A stretch of 41,709 nt of DNA, taken from positions 1 to 41,709 of the IMG/VR virus record IMGVR_UViG_3300020578_000170. One strand, given 5' to 3'. The notes under the pieces are model-generated. The model made no database searches. It saw only the letters and a list, made by a program, of their open reading frames with translations, and was not told the origin of the DNA. The stretch is from a virus. Taxonomy: Duplodnaviria; Caudoviricetes. The translations under genes were made by a program, and so were the position numbers. This document shows, piece after piece, positions 8,814 through 18,110 of this stretch; the first letter of the stretch is position 1; every line of letters starts with the position of its first letter.

Positions 8814-9999
8814 CTTTCTTTTTTACATTATAGGCAAATCTGATAGGTGAAGGCGATACTTTTTCATCTGTTTCCATATATTTATCGCCTATCTTTACCC
8901 ATTTTTTATTTTGTTGAAGAGAACAATCACCACATCCTACACCCGCAGCATTTGCTCTTTCGCAAGTATATGGTCTACCACCAATTCCTATGTCTCTTCT
9001 CTTAATCCAATCATTGATGTGCGCAGAAGATTTTTTGGGGTTGTAGTCGTTGCAGTAACTAAGAACTTCATTTAGATACTTAATGGCCTCGTCTGTATAT
9101 GTTAATATAGAACAAAGAAACAGTCTAGATTCGTGATCTAGGTGGTGCTTTTCTTTGGCTTCGTTTTCAATTCTCGCAAATGCAGAACAATTGTCAAGAA
9201 GCTTTTTTTTGTCAAATACTTTATTTGAATCTTCAAATTCTACACGACCCTTAGATCCATATTGATTGAAGTAAGCTAGAATATCTTTTGGCTTATTTCT
9301 ACTTTCTTCCATTTCATAAGAGTACTCTCTATACCATTCATTTGCGGTATAAGAAAACTCTTGTTCGTAAATTGAATTATTTTGTTCCATAGAACAGTAT
9401 TCAACTATATTTTTGATGTTAGAATATATAAGATTGTTACTTAACTTTGTCTTATATAAACCAGTTTCTTGATGTTTAGATCCTGGAAGTCTCCACATTC
9501 TTCTTAGATCATAAACACTAAAGTCAAGTGAAGTTAGATTTAGCTTATTGGCTAGATCATTGGCAATAAACCTAAACAAATGGTGCAGAGAATTAGACGG
9601 GTTTATGCCCAAAGCCAGCGCTTCACACTCAATATGAAATCCCTTTTTGCCCGTGTAGTAAACTAAAATGGAATCTTCGGGAATGTACTGTGATAAGTGC
9701 CCATAAAGCTTCTGGCACTCTGCCAAAGAAACGTTTACATTTTCATTATCTATGTCAAAGTATAAAGAGCCGAGTCTAGTTGCCTTTTCAATGTTTTGAC
9801 TATTGTAGTACCAGATTGAAGTATAAATACCAGTATTAGAATACTTACGAGCATACTTGCTTACATCATTAATGTCTAATAGAATCGGTATGCCATCTAC
9901 TTTTTCTCTAATTATTCTATTTAAGCTAGGTATGTACTTTGCTAGTTCTACATATCTCCATGAGTATGTATATTTACTGGGATCATCAGCTATTTTCAT
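8791..9999 (-). CDS. Archaeo-eukaryotic primase (AEP) fused to a PriL-like C-terminal Fe-S domain
   Basis: AEP motifs YFDID, YTGKKGFH and DLRRMWRLPGSKH; C-terminal CSAF...HESRLFL...PYTCER...CGDC resembles the primase large-subunit C-terminal domain. Confidence 0.75.
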   Translation of the reverse strand: MKIADDPSKYTYSWRYVELAKYIPSLNRIIREKVDGIPILLDINDVSKYARKYSNTGIYTSIWYYNSQNIEKATRLGSLYFDIDNENVNVSLAECQKLYGHLSQYIPEDSILVYYTGKKGFHIECEALALGINPSNSLHHLFRFIANDLANKLNLTSLDFSVYDLRRMWRLPGSKHQETGLYKTKLSNNLIYSNIKNIVEYCSMEQNNSIYEQEFSYTANEWYREYSYEMEESRNKPKDILAYFNQYGSKGRVEFEDSNKVFDKKKLLDNCSAFARIENEAKEKHHLDHESRLFLCSILTYTDEAIKYLNEVLSYCNDYNPKKSSAHINDWIKRRDIGIGGRPYTCERANAAGVGCGDCSLQQNKKWVKIGDKYMETDEKVSPSPIRFAYNVKKKGGENKHD

Positions 10000-10154
10000 T
10001 TTACTTCTACCCTACCAAAATCTTCCCCAAATGAATAGACAATTTTTTTATCAGTCTTCATATCCTCTGAGAATGAACGATAATAAACAGACTCTTGTAT
10101 TATTGATTCTAGATTTGATAACAAGTAATATCTTTTAGATATTCTATCTTCCAA
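9996..10154 (-). CDS. Small hypothetical protein (52 aa, below the ORF track cutoff)
   Basis: TTG GAA GAT AGA...GTA AAA TGA fills the gap; its stop overlaps the primase ATG (ATGA). Confidence 0.6.
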   Translation of the reverse strand: MEDRISKRYYLLSNLESIIQESVYYRSFSEDMKTDKKIVYSFGEDFGRVEVK

Positions 10155-10155
10155 T

Positions 10156-10827
10156 TTAAAACTTCCATCTATCTTTTATTACATTATTTCCATCAACTAT
10201 ATAGTGTACCTTAGAAGCGATGTTATCCGCCATATGAACAATCATATCTAGATACGTAATTGGAACAGTCTCTGGAATGGGAGACCAAGGCCCAAGATGG
10301 CATCTGACCAATCTTAAAATTGATTGAACTGTTTCTTCAGAAATAAATAATGTTGACGACTGTGATTCCCCAGCGTATTTTTTATCATATTCTTGACATT
10401 TTTTAACTAGGCCACCAACCGTATAAGGATGCATAGGATCGTAATGAAAATACTCATCCTCTTTATCTTTAATACCTTTTGTCACATCATGAAGCAAACA
10501 CGCTGCAAAGACAATGTCTTTTTCTTCTATAGATAAAGAATAAGAATCTGATATAACGCTTGCAGCTCTAACAACTCGCTTGGTGTGTAATAAGTTTCCG
10601 CCATTATTATGCTCATCTGCTGGATGATATTTACCAGAAAAACTTGATGGTATAACCCAAAAAGAATCAGCTCTTAAAAGAATTGACTTAACAAAACTTT
10701 TAATATTATCATCAGATATATAATCTATTTCCTCAAGCAGTGGCTTAAGTATGGTATTCTCTTCACCGATAGATATTGAATCTTTTTCTTTATTTAAGAT
10801 TTCATCAAGTATTGAATCTTTAGACAT
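10156..10827 (-). CDS. HD-domain phosphohydrolase (YhaM-like)
   Basis: SGKYH...GGNLLHTKRV...ACLLHDVTK...CHLGPW...VHMADNIAS. Start placed at ATG 10827 (TAATG overlap). Confidence 0.8.
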   Translation of the reverse strand: MSKDSILDEILNKEKDSISIGEENTILKPLLEEIDYISDDNIKSFVKSILLRADSFWVIPSSFSGKYHPADEHNNGGNLLHTKRVVRAASVISDSYSLSIEEKDIVFAACLLHDVTKGIKDKEDEYFHYDPMHPYTVGGLVKKCQEYDKKYAGESQSSTLFISEETVQSILRLVRCHLGPWSPIPETVPITYLDMIVHMADNIASKVHYIVDGNNVIKDRWKF

Positions 10828-11609
10828 TATTTTACTTCCCAATCTTTCCACTTTGAGCATGGCTTATCAAACGGACATTTTTTGCAATATGAAGTTAACC
10901 CTCTTCTGGGTACAAACTTTTTATCTTCTTCTATTGTACCGCACCAGTACTTAAGAGCTTTAGCGTCCTCTTGGTTTACTTGATACTCTATAAACTTTTG
11001 GGAAGAAGCTAATATGTCATAGTATCCAAAACGTGCTTTCGGTTTTTTATGGGGAAATTTATGAGCAAAAGCTTCACTTAAAACTGAAAAGTCTATTTGA
11101 TATAAAGACGTATGAGAGGTTCTGAAATTAAAAACCCATTTATATATAAAATATTCACCGTTTTTATATAAAATTAAATCAAAGTTTGACTTAATTTTTA
11201 CTAAATCTCCAACAGGAACGTAAAACTCTTGATCAATTGCCATTGGAACTGAGTTATCTTCTGAAAATTGATTGTAAAAATCTAAAAGAGCCGATGCAGC
11301 TTTTGAAGTTAAGCTTGCGGCGTTTCCATAAAAGCTTTCATGCTGCTCGTGGATGATATCATACGCAGTTGTATCTTTTGCAAACCATAACTTTTCCCAC
11401 CTATTTAATAAAGATGAATATGAAGGAGTAAACCCTCCCTGTTTCTTGTAAAAGAAATAGTTAATTACACTTTTAAGTGTATTCTCAAACTTTATGCTGA
11501 ATAATTCTCTTGAATGAATTGTCTCTGAAACGCCCTCTTGGTGCCTATAGTTATATAAAAGCGCACAAGTTTGATAGTCTTTTATTGATTCAATTGTTAA
11601 TTCCTTCAT
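10827..11609 (-). CDS. Degenerate PD-(D/E)XK/Cas4-like fold protein
   Basis: N-terminal SIKDYQTC and C-terminal CKKCPFDKPC match the Cys layout of the RecB-like family, but the DYKT motif is replaced by IYKWVF. Confidence 0.6.
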   Translation of the reverse strand: MKELTIESIKDYQTCALLYNYRHQEGVSETIHSRELFSIKFENTLKSVINYFFYKKQGGFTPSYSSLLNRWEKLWFAKDTTAYDIIHEQHESFYGNAASLTSKAASALLDFYNQFSEDNSVPMAIDQEFYVPVGDLVKIKSNFDLILYKNGEYFIYKWVFNFRTSHTSLYQIDFSVLSEAFAHKFPHKKPKARFGYYDILASSQKFIEYQVNQEDAKALKYWCGTIEEDKKFVPRRGLTSYCKKCPFDKPCSKWKDWEVK

Positions 11610-13060
11610 ATGTCAAAATCCTCATCATCTAGTAGGTCGTCCAGCAGAGAACTAGTATCATCGTAGTCCTCTTGGTTAACTAGCTCATACTCCTCATAGG
11701 CTTTTCTTGAATCTACATATTTTACTAAAGGTGGATTATATATAAAGCTAGATCCAGTAATTCTATTTTTTGGAATTTGAAGCTGCATTATGTTTTCATC
11801 CTCAGAATCATCACCACTTATAAGTTTTTTCTCTGTAATGAATATGGTTACGGCGCACTTCTGTTGAATGGCAAGAGATCCGCCAGTATCGGACTGCTGA
11901 ACCACTTCTCTTTTTTCTTTCATTCTGTTAGAGTTTTCCTGAGCCGTTATGATCAAAACACAATCCATGTCTCTTGCTAGTTTTTCTAGTTTTACCATCA
12001 TCTCCTCAAACTCTCCCCATCGCGGCTTGCCTTTACCACTCTTTGTGAACATGGATTGTATAGTATCAATAATTACAACCTCAGGAGTTTCAGCGTAGTC
12101 AACGATCTCTCTAAGCCATCTTTCAAGGTCTTCAAAATACGGGGTATCTGGGTCGTGTCTAACCATTAATTTATTACCCCATTGACTTAGCTTATCTCTA
12201 AATATGCCTAAATACCTTGCTCTTTCGCTTGAAGTCCATCTTTCGGCCTCTGCATAAACGTTCTTGCCAATTATTTGGCTCATAAGAATTCTTTCCCAGT
12301 GACCAACCGCTTCCTCAAAGTTTATATATAAAACAGTGTGGCCGTTTTCAACCCAGTTATTTGCTAAGCATTTGGCAAATGTGCTCTTGCCCTTGCCAGA
12401 TGGCGCAATAACAGCGTGAACCGCACCCTTATAAAATCCACCATCATCAGTATATCCCATAGCTCTATTTAAGGACTTGAACTGAGTAGGCAAGAAGCTA
12501 GGAATATCCAATAGTGATTCCGCTCTATTGGATATATCCATGGCGGTAGTGAGCTTTTCTAATGGATTATAGTTCAGTTGATTTTCAAGTTCTCTTATTT
12601 CTGAAGTTATTAAGGATAACCTAGCAAGATCTTTGTCAGACTTAATACCTTTTTGATTTAAAATAACTTGCAGTTCTTGCAAGTAGTCAATTTGCTTCTT
12701 CTTATTAGCTTTATGTTTGATTAGTTGAACAACTGAATCAACAGTAGATAGCTGCAATGACAACAAAACATCCATCATAATGTCTACGCCAGATGTTCCA
12801 CCAAGAGCTTCTCTTATATCCGTTTCGGAACCTAGCCAATCTTTAAAGCCAACTGGGTCCACTATATCTAATTGTGTCGCCGTACGATATGCCAGAAGCG
12901 CTAGGTAAAACTCATGTATACCGTTTTGGCCATGATTTATACCAACAATATCATCAGGTAAGTTTTCGGCAAAATGCGTAATAGCTCCCTCTTGTCTGAG
13001 AGAGAGGGCAAATACCTGATATTCAATTGGAATATCTTGATTGTCTTCAGGTTTTTCCAT
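11606..13060 (-). CDS. dnaB: DnaB-like replicative helicase
   Basis: Walker A APSGKGKST, YINFEE, Walker B VIIDTIQ, ITAQEN, and the KNR arginine-finger region. Confidence 0.85.
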   Translation of the reverse strand: MEKPEDNQDIPIEYQVFALSLRQEGAITHFAENLPDDIVGINHGQNGIHEFYLALLAYRTATQLDIVDPVGFKDWLGSETDIREALGGTSGVDIMMDVLLSLQLSTVDSVVQLIKHKANKKKQIDYLQELQVILNQKGIKSDKDLARLSLITSEIRELENQLNYNPLEKLTTAMDISNRAESLLDIPSFLPTQFKSLNRAMGYTDDGGFYKGAVHAVIAPSGKGKSTFAKCLANNWVENGHTVLYINFEEAVGHWERILMSQIIGKNVYAEAERWTSSERARYLGIFRDKLSQWGNKLMVRHDPDTPYFEDLERWLREIVDYAETPEVVIIDTIQSMFTKSGKGKPRWGEFEEMMVKLEKLARDMDCVLIITAQENSNRMKEKREVVQQSDTGGSLAIQQKCAVTIFITEKKLISGDDSEDENIMQLQIPKNRITGSSFIYNPPLVKYVDSRKAYEEYELVNQEDYDDTSSLLDDLLDDEDFDI

Positions 13061-13700
13061 TGTTGTTTTTTCTATGTTGTTTTAGTTCTCTGTAAACTTT
13101 TTTTCTTAATTCAGAACGACGTTTTTTAGAATCAAGATAAACCTGACTTGAATAAAACTTATTCTTTTCTTTCTGTTCTTTTTTGAAAGGAGAGTTTCTT
13201 ATGGCATCTAAAAGCCTATCATAAACCGCTTGTTCGGTGAGCATGTCGTTGTAGCGGAAAATAATAAGCGCAATGCCCTGATGCCTGCATAGTTCAATCT
13301 TTTTTTGGTCTCTTTTTTGAGCTTCCTGAAACTCATACTTGGAATCAAAAAACTTTGCAGTATAAAAAAAATGCTGCCTACCATGGTACTCTGCCGCAAC
13401 TTTATAAGAAGGACAATATACATCAAGTCTTAGTTTATCTTGAAGATAAAACTCATTAACTATCTTTTCTCCAGGAAGAAGTTTTTGCATAATGGCAGTT
13501 AGGGCTGTTTGCCCTCTTGACATTTTTTTTCTAGAGGTTTTTAGCCAAGACAAACCAAGTTGATTTATTTTTTTATTTATTTTAGCTAAAGGCCACCCTA
13601 CCTCTTTTGCTATTTCATTTAAGCTTAATGAGGTATCAAATAATAGATCAACCATGTATTCTGTGTTGTCTATTTCTTCGTCCCAATTATTTTTTTTCAT
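13047..13700 (-). CDS. HTH plus Vsr/DUF559-like endonuclease
   Basis: N-terminal LSLNEIAKEVG helix-turn-helix; LRLDVYCP...AAEYHGRQHF...RDQKKIELCRHQGIALI. Confidence 0.7.
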   Translation of the reverse strand: MKKNNWDEEIDNTEYMVDLLFDTSLSLNEIAKEVGWPLAKINKKINQLGLSWLKTSRKKMSRGQTALTAIMQKLLPGEKIVNEFYLQDKLRLDVYCPSYKVAAEYHGRQHFFYTAKFFDSKYEFQEAQKRDQKKIELCRHQGIALIIFRYNDMLTEQAVYDRLLDAIRNSPFKKEQKEKNKFYSSQVYLDSKKRRSELRKKVYRELKQHRKNNNGKT

Positions 13701-14400
13701 TACGCTTTTTATAAAACTTCTTTTTATTATCTACTTCTGATTTTTGTCTATCTGAGCTCTGCATTGAGTGAAATCTTGCAGAGCTAACTACTTTACCAAA
13801 GTCTAAAATAGACATGTCTATGTTCTGCCAAAGCTTTGGTGCAATAGCGGTAGCTAGCATGGGGCAGTCAAGTATGCAGTTATCTACTCCTCCCTCAAAC
13901 TCTGAGATCTGAGCAATAATTGAGTCAAGCTTGTCATAGTAATTATTGTATGGAACGGAAATTACATACTGATTCTGCCCAAAAACTTTTTGAACAGTTT
14001 TTTTATCGTGAAAAGATAGAATGACATTCTTTGACTCCCTAATGTAATGATTTATGAATATGTCAATTACTTCTTTTTTATTTGCAAAAAAGTATTCAAA
14101 CATTGCAGCGTCGTAGTAACTGCCATTTTTTTGTAGGCCAAACTCTGACAATTTTCCAGCTTGGATTTCATCTAAAAACTCAATTGGTACTGCTTTTAAA
14201 AAGTTAGGATCCTGTATTGTCATACACTTAGCTAGAGATTTCACAAAATATTTTGGAGGTTTCTTATCGCTATTATGTAGCATTAAATTCAAGGCTGATC
14301 GAGATATGTTTACATACGCAAACTTCTTTTTCTGCTCAAGTCTAAACGTCAAATCTATAATTGATTTTACTGGATCTAATATTAGATTATTTTCTTTCAT
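13687..14400 (-). CDS. Hypothetical protein, possibly a GT-D-fold glycosyltransferase-related protein
   Basis: Follows a GT2 gene; VP.NNYY...ILDFGKV resembles the C-terminus of GT-D-fold proteins. Weak recognition only. Confidence 0.4.
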   Translation of the reverse strand: MKENNLILDPVKSIIDLTFRLEQKKKFAYVNISRSALNLMLHNSDKKPPKYFVKSLAKCMTIQDPNFLKAVPIEFLDEIQAGKLSEFGLQKNGSYYDAAMFEYFFANKKEVIDIFINHYIRESKNVILSFHDKKTVQKVFGQNQYVISVPYNNYYDKLDSIIAQISEFEGGVDNCILDCPMLATAIAPKLWQNIDMSILDFGKVVSSARFHSMQSSDRQKSEVDNKKKFYKKRNEKK

Positions 14401-14401
14401 T

Positions 14402-15094
14402 TCAAATACCGAAGTTTCCCCATTGAATTAGTACTGGATTAGGATCTATAATAGAATTAATGTGATTTAAGTTATGAAACTGACCACCATCTATCGTAGA
14501 GTATCTTTCATACTTTGACTGTTTGTCTTTGTCATAAGTATAGCCGAGATGCTGCATAATTAAACCAGAATCTCTCCAATAGTTTCTTTGCTGTACCCAT
14601 TTTGAGACATAAGTTGGCTCAGAACCGCAGGCAAGAGCTTTGTTTTTAAAACTAGCGTTTTCCTGAAACCTAAACATTCTTATAGAATTATTGGGAGCCC
14701 AAAGCTTATCAACTCTATAATGACTTTCGCTCCACATATGGTAAAAACGTATGTTGACTACATCAAACTCTGACTTAGCAAGAACTGCTTTGATTTCTAA
14801 ATCATTAACATGATATAATTTTTCATCACAATCTATAGCCAAAACCCAATCACCAGGCTTTGCAAAATTTTTTAGGCTATTCCAGGCATATGATCGTAAT
14901 TGACCCTCGTGTTTTATAAACATTGGCTCTGGTGTAGTAAATACTTCAGCATGCCTTGCCGCTATCTCAGCTGTGTTGTCTGTTGAGCAGTCGTCAGTAA
15001 ATATAATTTTATCTACCTGAGTAGATAGTCTTTCTAAAACTGGCTCTAGAAATTTGGAAGACTCGTTTCTTCCTACCATTTGTGCATAAATCAT
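14402..15094 (-). CDS. Glycosyltransferase family 2
   Basis: GRNE, FTDDCSTDNT and WVLAIDCDE (DxD) motifs. Confidence 0.85.
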   Translation of the reverse strand: MIYAQMVGRNESSKFLEPVLERLSTQVDKIIFTDDCSTDNTAEIAARHAEVFTTPEPMFIKHEGQLRSYAWNSLKNFAKPGDWVLAIDCDEKLYHVNDLEIKAVLAKSEFDVVNIRFYHMWSESHYRVDKLWAPNNSIRMFRFQENASFKNKALACGSEPTYVSKWVQQRNYWRDSGLIMQHLGYTYDKDKQSKYERYSTIDGGQFHNLNHINSIIDPNPVLIQWGNFGI

Positions 15095-15111
15095 ATGCAG
15101 AACTTTCTACG

Positions 15112-15142
15112 AAAAGAGGGAGGGGGCATATCCCCCTCCCTC
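15112..15142 (-). terminator. Rho-independent terminator
   Basis: 11-bp perfect stem (plus strand GAGGGAGGGGG 15116-15126 / CCCCCTCCCTC 15132-15142), 5-nt loop, followed by TTTT on the minus strand. Confidence 0.75.
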
Positions 15143-15158
15143 CAGGACAATGTTACAA

Positions 15159-15341
15159 TTAGGCGATGATCTGCTCGCGAGCCTCTACCGCAGAGATTCG
15201 CTCGATTTCAACATCCTTGAACATGACCTCGCCAGTAACGCCACGACGACCCATCGCAAGCTTCTGGGCATCAGTCTTGCTGTTAGCCTTAACCAAAGTG
15301 GTTGTGGTGACAGTGAAGTACTTGAACTTGTTCTCTGACAT
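15159..15341 (-). CDS. Small hypothetical protein (60 aa), probably highly expressed
   Basis: AAAGGA RBS, C/G-ending codon bias, terminator directly downstream. Confidence 0.75.
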   Translation of the reverse strand: MSENKFKYFTVTTTTLVKANSKTDAQKLAMGRRGVTGEVMFKDVEIERISAVEAREQIIA

Positions 15342-15359
15342 TTTATTTATTCCTTTTTA

Positions 15360-15764
15360 TTAGTTTATTGGATAATGGATTGCTATATATTCTATAGCAT
15401 CTTGCAGGTTGTCTGCAAGCTTTGTGGCCATATATTTCATATATGGTCGATCTTTATTCTGCTTAGAGCACATAACTATACTTGGTTGGTTGTTCATTTT
15501 GGCCCAAGCCATTTCAAAGTCAGTTCCTATGTATGCTCTATCTTCTAGTAGATATTCTACCAGCATTAAGTCTGATTTTTTCTGCATAAAGAAGTTTTTT
15601 TGAACAATTTCATCAACAGTCATTCCTGGTTCTTCTGGAATAGAAGTTGGGTCATAGACTTTGTAGCCCAAAAACTGTAAAGCTTCTGATGCTGATTTGC
15701 GCCAAACCTTAGCGTAATCGCCAACATAATCCATCGCTCCAGCTAAATAAACGGCGATTGTCAT
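15360..15764 (-). CDS. Nucleoside 2-deoxyribosyltransferase-like / nucleotide N-glycosidase
   Basis: VYLAG...SDLMLV...GTDFEMAWA motifs. Start placed at ATG 15764 (ATGA overlap). Confidence 0.7.
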   Translation of the reverse strand: MTIAVYLAGAMDYVGDYAKVWRKSASEALQFLGYKVYDPTSIPEEPGMTVDEIVQKNFFMQKKSDLMLVEYLLEDRAYIGTDFEMAWAKMNNQPSIVMCSKQNKDRPYMKYMATKLADNLQDAIEYIAIHYPIN

Positions 15765-16165
15765 ACTGGCCAATGATACTCTAAATCTGCTGGTTCATCA
15801 AAGTATTGAGAGTAGTATTCATAATCCTTTCTAAGAAGATTAGATCTATGTGACTGGTGAAGTTTATCGTCTCCAAACCAAAAGGGCATAGCAAGCAAAT
15901 ACGGGTCAATTTCCTCAAGCTTCATTGTATTTTTATAGCCCCTACTCATCCATTCTAAAATAGTGTAGTTCTGATAAAGCTTTAGTGCCTCTTCATAACC
16001 AGTCCACATACGTGTGACTGGATGGTTGCGCCAACCTTTTGTAGACGTTCTATTAAGTAATATGTTAAGAACTTGAAATGTTTCAACACGTTGTTTACCC
16101 AATCTTTTATAATCTAATATTTTTACCGAATCTACAAAATTTGGGTACGGCAAGAACGTCTGCAC
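15761..16165 (-). CDS. Pyrimidine-dimer DNA glycosylase/endonuclease V-like protein (MSMEG_6728-type)
   Basis: MQTFLPY...LDYKRLGKQRVE...HPVTRMW...SHRSNLLRKD...YHWP. Confidence 0.75.
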   Translation of the reverse strand: MQTFLPYPNFVDSVKILDYKRLGKQRVETFQVLNILLNRTSTKGWRNHPVTRMWTGYEEALKLYQNYTILEWMSRGYKNTMKLEEIDPYLLAMPFWFGDDKLHQSHRSNLLRKDYEYYSQYFDEPADLEYHWPV

Positions 16166-16566
16166 TATTTGTCCTTCTTAAACTCTGTCCATGTTTTATC
16201 GCCAACACCATAATATTCTCTTGCGAGTCCAGCTGCAACTATATCTGTATTTAAACAATTTCCATTATTGTCCCAAACTTTTGCAAGAATTCTACCATAT
16301 TTTTCGTTTTTGTCGATAATAGTTTCAATCTTTACCCAGTTACCAGATTTTTGCAGCCACTGATTAGTAAACTCTTTTGCAGCTAAACCTCGTTTTTTTT
16401 CCTCTATATTAGAAGTTCTGCTTTCCGGAGTATTTATTCCATATAAGCGTACCCTACCTTTCTTTAAGGTGTCAAAACCAAGGTCAATAACAATATCAAA
16501 TGTATCGCCATCAACAACTTTTTTTACTTCTGCATTATAAATCCATGGATTTAATTTATCACTCAT
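16165..16566 (-). CDS. Thermonuclease (staphylococcal nuclease family)
   Basis: VVDGDTFD..IDLGF...RVRLYGINTPE...KYGRILA...GLA. Confidence 0.85.
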   Translation of the reverse strand: MSDKLNPWIYNAEVKKVVDGDTFDIVIDLGFDTLKKGRVRLYGINTPESRTSNIEEKKRGLAAKEFTNQWLQKSGNWVKIETIIDKNEKYGRILAKVWDNNGNCLNTDIVAAGLAREYYGVGDKTWTEFKKDK

Positions 16567-16568
16567 AA

Positions 16569-17384
16569 TTAATCTCTTTCTATCCCTATGTGATCACATG
16601 CTTTTCTAAATATCTCTCTTGAGATAGGAAAATATCTGTCGGCGTGACTTATTCCTTGACCTGGTTTTGGAGTAGATGCATGCCAACTATGGCCGATTGA
16701 TACAGATCCGTCATAAACTACATTATACCCTAAATGTCTGGCAAAATACGAACACCAAGTCTCTTCATAATAGTGAGGTGTTGGCAAAAATGCACCTATT
16801 GCGTTAGGGTATAACTCTCTATACTTTTCGTTGTTAGTTAAAGCATCCCAAACCTGTCTGCGAACAAAATATGCAGAACCAGATACTGTAACACAGTTAA
16901 TTCTATCTTTATATAAAGTGTCTTGCGGGTCATGCTCTCTCCAACCCCTATGCTTTGGAGCTATATTGGTTCCTATAATCCCAGCATGAGTTATATGTCC
17001 GTGTTCATCTCTTTGTTTTGGGCCAATAATATGTATGTCTTTATTTTGATTAAAGATATTTTCAATTTTTAAACAATCATCTGTGGTCATCCAAACATCT
17101 CCATTTAATATTCCGATAATAGAACTAGTTGATTTGCTGGTCATCATATTAACGGCAGATGAATAACCTATATTTTTACGAAGATAAGTTCTATCTATAA
17201 AATATTTTTCTTCGTTTTCTCTAATCCAAGAATTAAAATCATCAGTTGAGTCATTGTCGGTTATGTATAGATTCCAATTTTTTGTGAGCGCGCCATTTGG
17301 ACTCTGTACGTCAAAATGCAAAGTGTCCAAAAATCTTTGCAGCAGTGGTCTTGTGTTGTAGTTCACGACACATAAATCAATCAT
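16569..17384 (-). CDS. Glycosyltransferase family 2
   Basis: VVNYNT, DNDSTD, NIGYSSAVN, LNGD, VSGSAYFVRR, YYEET. Start placed at ATG 17384. Confidence 0.85.
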   Translation of the reverse strand: MIDLCVVNYNTRPLLQRFLDTLHFDVQSPNGALTKNWNLYITDNDSTDDFNSWIRENEEKYFIDRTYLRKNIGYSSAVNMMTSKSTSSIIGILNGDVWMTTDDCLKIENIFNQNKDIHIIGPKQRDEHGHITHAGIIGTNIAPKHRGWREHDPQDTLYKDRINCVTVSGSAYFVRRQVWDALTNNEKYRELYPNAIGAFLPTPHYYEETWCSYFARHLGYNVVYDGSVSIGHSWHASTPKPGQGISHADRYFPISREIFRKACDHIGIERD

Positions 17385-17661
17385 CAAACTTCTCTCCAAC
17401 TTCAATACATTCTTTTACAACTATATCAAAAGCGTTATTTGAATCAAACCCTATTGACGTTAATCTAAGAAACAGATCTGACGCTGATTGCTCTTCGGTT
17501 AAATCAAACTCACGAAGTCTATTAATATAATTTTGTAGTGTAATAGAATTGCTTTTAATATTTTTTTTAAACTTGCTCTTATTTATAGATCCAAATATTA
17601 AACCTACAGAAAAACATATCAGCAAAAAAGAAGTAACTTCACCAGTCTTCTTCTTGTCCAT
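17377..17661 (-). CDS. Hypothetical protein with an N-terminal transmembrane helix
   Basis: Hydrophobic FLLICFSVGLIFG followed by a Lys-rich segment. Confidence 0.6.
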   Translation of the reverse strand: MDKKKTGEVTSFLLICFSVGLIFGSINKSKFKKNIKSNSITLQNYINRLREFDLTEEQSASDLFLRLTSIGFDSNNAFDIVVKECIEVGEKFDD

Positions 17662-17872
17662 CTTCTTGTCCTGAATGATATGTTTCGTTGATCCAATTCA
17701 TTATATCGTCGGAGACGGATAACCAAGAATTCTTTTCATTCTTATCCTCACATTCTTGTCCAAAATGGAGATAAGTGTCTGCAATATGCTGAAGTATTTC
17801 AACGTCAGCTACAAATGCAGCTTGACCTGGCATTAATTTGATAGATAATTTTTTCTTTAGTCCCTTACTCAT
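17639..17872 (-). CDS. Hypothetical protein (77 aa)
   Basis: Start placed at ATG 17872 (MSKGLKK) to avoid a long overlap with the upstream gene. Confidence 0.6.
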   Translation of the reverse strand: MSKGLKKKLSIKLMPGQAAFVADVEILQHIADTYLHFGQECEDKNEKNSWLSVSDDIMNWINETYHSGQEDGQEEDW

Positions 17873-18110
17873 TTTCTGTCTTCTTTTCTTTTTTTTCCTT
17901 AATATCTGCGCTCTGAACCTCATTGTCATCAATCTTATACACAGAAAGATTATTTGTATCTGGTTCAAATGTTATAAATAAAACCTTTTTGTTTTCTATA
18001 GAGCAACCTTCAGGAGGGGCAGATTCCAGTGCTATCTTTTTTGAAGAGCACCCATACACCTGACTATGGCCAGAATAAATAACTAAATAATTAACCTTTG
18101 ATGCTGCCAC
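17865..18110 (-). CDS. Hypothetical protein (81 aa)
   Basis: GTG start overlapping the deaminase stop; operon packing. Confidence 0.6.
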   Translation of the reverse strand: MAASKVNYLVIYSGHSQVYGCSSKKIALESAPPEGCSIENKKVLFITFEPDTNNLSVYKIDDNEVQSADIKEKKEKKTENE

